A model generated the notes under the pieces. That model did no database searches. It saw nothing but the letters and a program-made list of their open reading frames with translations, and had not been told where the DNA came from. 43,338 bases of DNA from Armatimonadota bacterium (GTDB lineage Bacteria > Armatimonadota > Fimbriimonadia > Fimbriimonadales > GBS-DC), in contig PSLB01000001.1 of NCBI GenBank assembly GCA_040289385.1, positions 1 to 43,338 of the forward strand. Reading direction: 5' to 3'. Shown here piece by piece: positions 8,541-14,983 of this stretch. Both the position numbers and the translations under genes were made by a program. Within the stretch, counting starts at the first letter, position 1. Each line of letters opens with the position of its first letter.

Positions 8541-9845
8541 ATGAGGCGAACAAACGTTGTCCGGGTTTTGCCCGGCAAGCAACAAAGAAAAGTGCTCGAA
8601 ACCATCGGGGATCGCTGTGCTGTCCTCTGGAATGCCGTCCAGTACAGGTGCAGGTAGGCCTTCTTCAAGGACGAACCCGTGCCTTCCTACGAAACCCTGT
8701 GCTCCGAGTTCAAGGAACACCCGGCGTATCGTGCCCTGCCCGCTCACATCGGGCAGGAGGTCATCAAAAAAGCAAGGAAGGCGTGGGACTCCTTCTTTGC
8801 TTGCCTGCGGTTGTACCGCAAGGGCGAGCTGGAGAGGCCGCCGCGCATACCCCGCTACTGGAAAGACCGCCGAACGGGAAAGCGCACATTCCGCGTCATC
8901 CCCGTCAAGGCGCCCACGTCCTACACGTTGAACTCCCGCACCCTGTCCCTCACACTACCGCGGGACCTCCGGGAAAAGCATGGAGGCCGCCTGGTCCTGC
9001 ACACGAAGGGTGTCCTGCGCTTCCACGGCGCCCCCAAAACCTTGGAACTCAGGTACGACCGGGTGAAGAAGCGCTGGTACGCCCACCAGGTCGTGGAAGT
9101 GCCGGAACCGGATCGAAAAGCGAAGCCTGAGAAATACGCCGCTTTAGACCTCGGTGCCAGGATACTGGCAGCCCTGGCCATTGAAGGCTCAAACCACCAG
9201 ATTCTCTTCTCCGGCCGCAAAGTCTGGAAAGATTTCCTGTACTGGACGAAGCGAATTGCAGAAGAGCAAGCAAGGGTTGCCCGGGCCGGGCGTCAAACCT
9301 CCCGGCAGTTGAGGAAGCTCTATCAAACTCGTGCCCGCAGACTCAAACACGCCTTCGTCGCTCTTGCCGCGGAAATCGCTCGCATCCTGAAGCAGCACCG
9401 CGTAACCACGCTGTTCATCGAAGATCTGACGGGCATCCGGGAGGACATGGACTTCGGGCCGAAAAACATCCTGGTGCACAGCTTCTGGGCCTTCAGGACG
9501 TTGAGGAACCTCGTCGAAGCCGCTTGCGCCCGGGCCGGGATAAAAGTCGTTCCCATTGAGCCGCGCGGGACCTCTTCCCGGTGTGCCGTCTGCGGATCCC
9601 CGGTCAAGCGTTTCGTCCGGCACAAGGCGGTATGCGAAAAATGCGGTTGCGTCTGGCACGCCGACGCCAATGCGGCACTCAACATACTGCTTTTGGGCTC
9701 CTCGAAGGGGCACGGGGCGGAGGCCACGCCCCTGAAGCCGCTTGCTCTGCGGTGGAACCGCCACCGCTGGGTGAGCCGCTTCGAATCTGCCGCCGGTACG
9801 CTGTATGCGGCGAGCGGCAGCCGGATGGCGGCACAAACCGCCTGA
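8541..9845 (+). CDS. tnpB: TnpB (IS605 OrfB-type RNA-guided nuclease), interrupted by an in-frame TAG at 8655-8657; the longest open part is 8679..9845
   Basis: ATG 8541 gives MRRTNVVRVLPGKQQRKVLETIGDRCAVLWNAVQYRCR*AFFKDEPVPSYETLCSEF..., which is in frame with track ORF 8679..9845. RuvC I is YAALDLGARI, RuvC II is TLFIEDLTGI, the zinc ribbon is CAVC-x13-CEKC and RuvC III is WHADANAALNI. Confidence 0.85.
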
Positions 9846-9883
9846 AGGAATCCCCGGGTTTTAACCCTGGGTGAGGAAATCAA
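9650..9883 (+). ncRNA. predicted TnpB omega RNA (reRNA) scaffold overlapping the tnpB 3' end and the RE
   Basis: This call rests on the known architecture of TnpB elements. The region contains local stems, for example ggcgg-cacaaa-ccgcc at 9828-9843 and the RE hairpin at 9852-9871. The 5' boundary is not determinable by eye. Confidence 0.35.
9852..9871 (+). repeat. right-end (RE) hairpin of the IS
   Basis: CCCCGGGTTTTAACCCtGGG, with the same unpaired T in the 3' arm and the same CTGAAGG 5' context as the LE. Confidence 0.65.
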
Positions 9884-10205
9884 TTTCGAGTACCTGCTTC
9901 TGTAGGGGGTCAACGACACCCCCGAACATGCGCAGTTGCTGGCGCGCAAGCTGAAGGGGGTGCCGTGTCTGGTGAACTTGATTCCGTTCAACTATATACC
10001 GACCGAGGAGAACTTCCAGCGTCCCTCGGAAGGGCGCGTTCGCGCCTTTCGGGATATTTTGGAACGCTTTGGGCTCGCCGTCACCCAGCGTCAGGAACGG
10101 GGGCACGCCATCGATGCGGCGTGTGGGCAGTTACGCGGAAAGCATCGGGGACGCTCCCTTCCCTTAAAGCTTGCCCAGCCACCGATTCAGAGCCTCACGC
10201 GCTGA
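9884..10205 (+). pseudogene. rlmN: rlmN 3' remnant (about the last 105 codons) with an in-frame TAG at 9903-9905
   Basis: The translation FEYLLL*GVNDTPEHAQLLARKLKGVPCLVNLIPFNYIPTEENFQRPSEGRVRAFRDILERFGLAVTQRQERGHAIDAACGQLRG matches the RlmN C-terminus (EYVxLxxVND, NLIPxN, DIxAACGQL). Confidence 0.8.
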
Positions 10206-11264
10206 TTCGGGACGCACTTCTCCAACAAGCGTCAGCCCCCAGCCGTCGGAACGCCGCCCTGCGACCACCACGCCCCGCACATCTGAGCCGACTGTTATCG
10301 GTTTGTCGGCAGAGGGTAATAGCCCACACTGGGGTGCTGAGAAGAAGACCGTGAACTCGTCCAAGCCGTTCGAGTAGAGTGCGCAGAGGCTTAGCTGTTT
10401 CGCGTCGCACGGACAGGTGCGACGAATCGCGCTGATGAGCTGGTAGCCCTTGGGGGGCTGAAACTGTTCCAAGAGCGCTTTGTCCTCCGGACGGAGCGGT
10501 GCGGTGCGAACGCTTTCGACACGCCAGCTCTTTGGGGGAGTGGGGGGAGATGGCGGCTGGGCAGTCCGTGGGAGCGGACGCACCTGAGTCCGCTGTTCAT
10601 CACCCATGACGCGTCCCCATGCATCCAGCACCAAAATGCGCCGAATGGTCGGCTCGCCGTGCGCCCGAATCCAATAGCGACGCGTGGTGAATCCGCTGGG
10701 AACCGATGCTTCTACAATGACCCAGTCCTCGCCTTCCGCTTGCTCGCGCCCGACCGCGCGCAGGCGAGCCTGATGGGTGAACAGCTGTGCTATGTGTTGA
10801 AGCCCCGCTTTGTCTGGAAAACGCGGCACCATTCGGCAAAGCGACTGGTGCGGATACCAGTGGATGAGTTCCTTTGGTGTGAGGATGATTGTGGGGTAGT
10901 CGGTGCCGATCTGGCAACTCTGAGCCAAGCGTTCGGTCATGCGCACGAAGTCGGGATGCGGACGCTCGTAGTGTAGCACCTTTGGGAGGGCGTCGGGGTT
11001 CTGTTCATTAGAGAGGAGGATTTGCATCGTGCAGGGCTGTTTCGTATCTTCCAAGATTGCTTGGAGCCACCGCTGTTCCTGTACGGAACGGGTGGGTGAT
11101 ACCTCTTGTGATGCCGGCTGACAGCCCCATAGCCACAAGCCAATTGCAAGGAGACTGCTCCAAAACCCTATCCGCACCCCTTGCCGCCATAAGCTGGTGG
11201 GGTTCTCCGTTCGGTCTTCCAAGCAGAGCCAAGCCATAAAGCAACGATTATCGATCATTTTCAT
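10164..11264 (-). CDS. RseB/MucB-like sigma-E regulatory lipoprotein (third gene of the ECF operon)
   Basis: The 366-aa ORF has an N-terminal anchor with a lipobox-like LWLWGC and a Pro-rich linker (PLPRTAQPPSPPTPP). Its C-terminal part has LYSNGLDEFTVFFS and LTLVGEVRPESAREAL, which resemble the MucB/RseB C-domain. The start overlaps the anti-sigma stop (TAATG), with GGAGG 6 nt upstream. Confidence 0.55.
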   Translation of the reverse strand: MKMIDNRCFMAWLCLEDRTENPTSLWRQGVRIGFWSSLLAIGLWLWGCQPASQEVSPTRSVQEQRWLQAILEDTKQPCTMQILLSNEQNPDALPKVLHYERPHPDFVRMTERLAQSCQIGTDYPTIILTPKELIHWYPHQSLCRMVPRFPDKAGLQHIAQLFTHQARLRAVGREQAEGEDWVIVEASVPSGFTTRRYWIRAHGEPTIRRILVLDAWGRVMGDEQRTQVRPLPRTAQPPSPPTPPKSWRVESVRTAPLRPEDKALLEQFQPPKGYQLISAIRRTCPCDAKQLSLCALYSNGLDEFTVFFSAPQCGLLPSADKPITVGSDVRGVVVAGRRSDGWGLTLVGEVRPESAREALNRWLGKL

Positions 11265-11701
11265 TATAAACCTCCGCTGGCTAACGAGAGATGGAGATTC
11301 ACCGCCTCACTATGCGGTGCCCAGTCGAAGTGGGCACGGTAAAAGGGCTCTGCGCGGAACTGGGTCGTTATGGGGGGTGGGGGTTTCGGCTGTCCCCACT
11401 GCCAGATAGCAATTAGCGTCAGGATTGCCGCGGCGGAGCCGATGAGGGCATAGCCCCAGCGGTGCGGGGATGCGGACGAGCGTGGGAGCTTTGCCTGAAT
11501 CGCCTGCCACAGCGCGTCGGTGGGAACCGTAGGCGCCCACTGCTGGAGCAAGTGCAGAACCTGCTCCAGACGCCGATACTCTTGGCGGCACACCTCGCAA
11601 ACGGCAAGATGTGCGGCCACCTCTGCGCACTCAGACGGCTCCAGATTTTGCTCCAGATAGTCCGCCAAACAAGCTTGGATACGCGTACACGGTTCAGTCA
11701 T
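11264..11701 (-). CDS. anti-sigma factor, zf-HC2 type, single-pass membrane protein
   Basis: The N-terminal motif C-x25-H-x3-C-x2-C (CTRIQACLADYLEQNLEPSECAEVAAHLAVCEVC) is followed by a TM span (YALIGSAAAILTLIAIWQW). An ATGA overlap joins it to the upstream sigma gene. Confidence 0.8.
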   Translation of the reverse strand: MTEPCTRIQACLADYLEQNLEPSECAEVAAHLAVCEVCRQEYRRLEQVLHLLQQWAPTVPTDALWQAIQAKLPRSSASPHRWGYALIGSAAAILTLIAIWQWGQPKPPPPITTQFRAEPFYRAHFDWAPHSEAVNLHLSLASGGL

Positions 11702-12297
11702 TCGTTTTCGCCCTCCACATCCAAAAAATCTTTCAGCAGTTCGCGTAGGGCTAATCGGGCACGCGCTAATCGGGATTTAACGGTGCCCACAGGGATCCCC
11801 AGCGTCTCAGCGATCTCCTCCAACGGCACACCCTCAATATAGTGCAGGATCACAACGGCTCGATGCATCTCACCGAGCTGACTGAGGGCGTTCTGCACCG
11901 CCTCGCTGAGTTCGCGCGATTCTACCGCCGCCATCACATCGCTGTTGGGGTCTTCGATCTGCCATTCCACCTCTTCGTCGTCGGTGCGCATCGGGGCTTC
12001 AAGCGATTCGAATCGGACGCGTTTGTTGCGACGCAGTTTATCGATGGCGAGGTTGGTTGCCGTGCGTCGGAGCCATGCGCCCAAGCTGTGTCGCACTTGG
12101 AGACGGGGCAACTCCTGATACACCCGCAGAAAGACCTCTTGGGCCAGCTCTTGTGCATCATCGTGGTTGTTTAGCATGCCCAAAAGTAGGTGATAGACCG
12201 ACGCGTGGTAGCGCTGGAACAGCGCTTCAAAGGCGCGTTCCTCGCCCTCACAAGCTCGCTCAATCAGTTCGCTATCGGTCAGACCATACACAAACAC
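11698..12297 (-). CDS. ECF-type RNA polymerase sigma-70 family factor (sigma-24/RpoE-like)
   Basis: The region 2 pattern (AFEALFQRYHASVYHLLLGMLNNHDDAQELAQEVFLRVYQ) and the region 4 HTH (VVILHYIEGVPLEEIAETLGIPVGTVKSRLARARLAL) are both present. The gene uses a GTG start. Confidence 0.9.
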   Translation of the reverse strand: MFVYGLTDSELIERACEGEERAFEALFQRYHASVYHLLLGMLNNHDDAQELAQEVFLRVYQELPRLQVRHSLGAWLRRTATNLAIDKLRRNKRVRFESLEAPMRTDDEEVEWQIEDPNSDVMAAVESRELSEAVQNALSQLGEMHRAVVILHYIEGVPLEEIAETLGIPVGTVKSRLARARLALRELLKDFLDVEGENE

Positions 12298-12333
12298 TGC
12301 TCCAAAGAACGATTGACCCCTGCGCTGAGTTCC

Positions 12334-12459
12334 GTGACGTCCTCCCCTCCATCAATTGAGGGGCATCCTTATTCCGGATGCACGCAGGGTGGGGGGTCCG
12401 TGTATCCCCAATGAATTGGGGGGGATTACAGCCCCCTCGAGCTCCCCCGTTTTTCTAAG
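12334..12459 (-). repeat. 126-bp miniature hairpin element (fused LE+RE of an IS200/IS605-type element; PATE/MITE-like), copy A
   Basis: It is near-identical to the two outer parts of 17353-17670. Positions 12334-12389 match 17353-17408, and 12392-12459 match 17601-17670. It contains the hairpins CCCCTCcatcaattGAGGGG and ATCCCCAATgaATTGGGG. Confidence 0.7.
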
Positions 12460-13690
12460 GGGCGACCTGCAGCCACTCGTCCCATCGAGTCGCGCGCGAA
12501 AGGGCTGTATTGTTATACCGCCCCAGATACTCTCCTGCGCTGGGATAGTAGATCGACAGTCCGTACGAGTAGCGCACTCGGTTGTTGTCTGCCCGATTGT
12601 TGGAGACGATGGCTTGGCGAAGGACGTCTTGGAGAGCATTCCCTCGTTGAATCAGGTCGGCATCATCGGTATACTGCTTGATGAGGTCGATTACATGCCA
12701 GAGGTCACGATACTCTGGATAGGACGAATAGCTTTGGGCGTTCAGGCGTGCGTTGCGCAAAGCGTTCATATACAACGTCCGCTTGCTAAGGAGCGCTTCA
12801 GCAAACAGATCCAGCCTGTTCGCCACAGCCTCCAGCTGGCGGGACTCTACGGCGGACTGAGTGATGTTGGTGTAGAACGGAAAGTTCGTCCGATACCACG
12901 CCACGAATCGGTCGGGGATTTGGCGGACCCATTCGCGTGGGGCGATCTCGGTATCGCGCACGATGGGCAACAGAATCTCGTGGTAGGGGTAGCCTTCACC
13001 AGGCGGGCTCTCCTGCGAGCCGACGATATAACGCGCCACATGCCGACATTCATAAGCCACCTCCAGCATCTGCATCAACGAGGCATCGAACAAAAGCACG
13101 TCCAGCACAGGATCCTGACTGGTGGGACGAATCGCATAGGGCAGATCCCAGATGCGAATATAGGTTCCCAGCTCCTCATCGAACGAGATCCCCCGCCCGC
13201 GTAGCGCCCGCGAACGCCAACCTGAACCGTGATTCCAGATGACCAGCACATATCTGTCGGCAGGGTAATTGGCGCGTGCCCAACGGATGAACTCCCGCAA
13301 AGTGTCGGGACTGCCCATATCCACACCATCCCCCAGATCCTCCACCAGCTCCGAGACGATTCGTTTAGGGTCGTTGTCAGGCTTAATAAGGTAGCGTCGC
13401 GTTCCTGTCCAGCTGTTTCGAGGCGCCCAGTAGCGGGCGCGCTTCCACTGCACGACGATGCGGACATTGGGATTGCCTGCAACCTGTTCCATCTGGTTCA
13501 CATTCAGCTCGCTGTAGTCATCCAAATCGTTGGCTGCGTTGAGGAACACCATCACCGTCCAGCGCACTGTGCCCGAACCACCTATCCCTCCCCGTGCGCG
13601 CCCGCTACTACAGCAACTGCTTAAAACCAGAAGGGACAATCCCACTAACAGAAGCCCTAAAGCCCGCACTCCGTGTCGTCTACGCATCAT
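12455..13690 (-). CDS. peptidase C11 (clostripain) family lipoprotein; Ser at the expected nucleophile position
   Basis: A signal peptide with lipobox (LLVLSSC) is present. WTVMVFLNAANDL, VLVIWNHGSGW (the catalytic His motif) and VLLFDASLMQMLE follow. The family normally has FDACxM at that last position. Confidence 0.8.
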   Translation of the reverse strand: MMRRRHGVRALGLLLVGLSLLVLSSCCSSGRARGGIGGSGTVRWTVMVFLNAANDLDDYSELNVNQMEQVAGNPNVRIVVQWKRARYWAPRNSWTGTRRYLIKPDNDPKRIVSELVEDLGDGVDMGSPDTLREFIRWARANYPADRYVLVIWNHGSGWRSRALRGRGISFDEELGTYIRIWDLPYAIRPTSQDPVLDVLLFDASLMQMLEVAYECRHVARYIVGSQESPPGEGYPYHEILLPIVRDTEIAPREWVRQIPDRFVAWYRTNFPFYTNITQSAVESRQLEAVANRLDLFAEALLSKRTLYMNALRNARLNAQSYSSYPEYRDLWHVIDLIKQYTDDADLIQRGNALQDVLRQAIVSNNRADNNRVRYSYGLSIYYPSAGEYLGRYNNTALSRATRWDEWLQVAP

Positions 13691-13785
13691 TTTCGGTTGG
13701 CAAGTATACCTGGAGGATTAGACGCTTCAGCATGCACTCCGTTTTACGGGTGGGGTACACTTTATGCCTAAGGAGGTGGACTACA

Positions 13786-14427
13786 ATGCAGTACACGCAC
13801 TTACTAACGGCTTTAACAGCAGGCATGCTCAGCTGGAGCCTGATTGCGTGCCAATCGAGCACATCCGCAGATCCTGCCAGTGCCTCAGCACAGCAGACCG
13901 AGACCCCTCAGGAGACACCCAAAATGGACGAGACACAGCTCCCCAAATCAGACTTCGCCTATGTGAAGCTGGAGATCAAAGACAAAGGCGCCATCGTGAT
14001 GGAGCTGAACCTTAAGGAAGCCCCCAAAACATCAGAGAACTTCCTCAATCTGGTGAAGAAGGGCTTCTATGACGGCATCCGTTTCCACCGTGTTGTGCCC
14101 AAGTTCGTGGCACAGGCGGGCGATCCCCAGTCGAAAACGATGGATCTGAACGACCCGCGTATGGGCACAGGCGGCCCAGGCTACACGATTAAGTTCGAAC
14201 CGAATAACCTTAAGCACAAGCGGGGTGCCCTCGGCATGGCGCGCACGCCCGACCCCGACAGCGCAGGAAGCCAATTTTACATCTGCCTTGAGGATCTGCC
14301 CCAGCTCGACGGCAACTATGTGGTGTTTGGGCGCGTTGTGGAAGGCATGGATGTCGTCGACCGTATCGTCAAGGGCGATACCATCACTAAAGCGGAAATC
14401 CTCAAAGAGTGGAAGCCGAAGTCGTAG
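13786..14427 (+). CDS. peptidyl-prolyl cis-trans isomerase, cyclophilin type, lipoprotein
   Basis: The start is set at ATG 13786, with AAGGAGGTG 6 nt upstream. The lipobox is SLIAC. Cyclophilin motifs are FHRVVPKFVAQAGDP, GALGMAR and SAGSQFYICL. Confidence 0.9.
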   Translation: MQYTHLLTALTAGMLSWSLIACQSSTSADPASASAQQTETPQETPKMDETQLPKSDFAYVKLEIKDKGAIVMELNLKEAPKTSENFLNLVKKGFYDGIRFHRVVPKFVAQAGDPQSKTMDLNDPRMGTGGPGYTIKFEPNNLKHKRGALGMARTPDPDSAGSQFYICLEDLPQLDGNYVVFGRVVEGMDVVDRIVKGDTITKAEILKEWKPKS

Positions 14428-14441
14428 GGTGGTCAGAGTCC

Positions 14442-14933
14442 ATGATCGACGATGCCGTAGCGACGGAGGTCTTGATGGAGTGCGAAGCTCTCTTGGAAGG
14501 GGAGGGCAGGGTGGAAGCGCGTCTCCAAAAGGTGATGGAGACACTCCATGACCGCCTGCCTCACTTTCACTGGGTGGGCATCTACTGGCTTCACGGCAAC
14601 GAGCTGGTGCTGGGACCCTATGTGGGTCCGCCCACTGAGCATATACGCATCCCTGTGGGACGCGGGGTCTGCGGCACTGCTGTTGCGGAACGGATGAACC
14701 AGATTGTCTACGATGTGCGCGAGCGTGCCAACTATCTGGCGTGCAACTTGGAGACACGTTCGGAGATTGTGGTGCTCATTCGCCACCCCCAAACGGGCAA
14801 GATTATCGGACAGATTGACGTGGATGGCACGGAGGTCGGCGCGTTCGACATCTCGGATGAGGCGCTGCTGGAGTCGATTGCGGAGCGCATCGCGCACCTC
14901 GTCTGTGCCGTGCCCCGCCAGCCTCATAGCTAA
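14442..14933 (+). CDS. GAF domain protein, free methionine-(R)-sulfoxide reductase (fRMsr/MsrC)-like
   Basis: HWVGIYWL, GRGVCGTAV and YLACNLETRSEIVVLI match the fRMsr-type GAF signature. The start could instead be the GTG at 14409. Confidence 0.75.
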   Translation: MIDDAVATEVLMECEALLEGEGRVEARLQKVMETLHDRLPHFHWVGIYWLHGNELVLGPYVGPPTEHIRIPVGRGVCGTAVAERMNQIVYDVRERANYLACNLETRSEIVVLIRHPQTGKIIGQIDVDGTEVGAFDISDEALLESIAERIAHLVCAVPRQPHS

Positions 14934-14943
14934 AGTAAAGGCA

Positions 14944-14972
14944 AGCCCTCTCGCCCCAGTGGGGAGAGGGCT
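14944..14972. terminator. GC-rich hairpin between convergent genes (possible bidirectional terminator)
   Basis: AGCCCTCTcgCCCC-agt-GGGGAGAGGGCT lies between the GAF stop (14933) and the fadN-like stop (14984). There is no clear U-tract. Confidence 0.4.
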
Positions 14973-14983
14973 CGGAGGCTTTG

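Larger units (their letters stand above)
8464..9883 (+). mobile_element. IS200/IS605-family element carrying tnpB only (IS1341-like, no tnpA)
   Basis: Similar bulged-T hairpins, each preceded by CTGAAGG, lie near both ends (8485-8505 and 9852-9871). TTAC at 8460-8463 and TCAA at 9880-9883 sit at IS608-like distances from those hairpins. A TnpB ORF lies in between. The ends are inferred and not proven. Confidence 0.7.

Noticed and set aside
8655-9905. Two in-frame TAG codons (in tnpB and in the rlmN remnant), considered as evidence for amber recoding such as pyrrolysine or suppression.
   Set aside because: TAG is used as an ordinary terminator by many intact genes here, for example at 5328-5330, 14425-14427, 31485-31487 and 37824-37826. 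No pyl genes were seen. Both affected genes are independently damaged or mobile.
9189-9991. Long minus-strand ORFs (9189..9836, 215 aa; 9323..9991, 222 aa) antisense to tnpB.
   Set aside because: They are Arg/Pro/Gly/Ala-rich low-complexity translations typical of shadow frames in GC-rich DNA. The plus strand has a motif-complete TnpB. I see no start signals.
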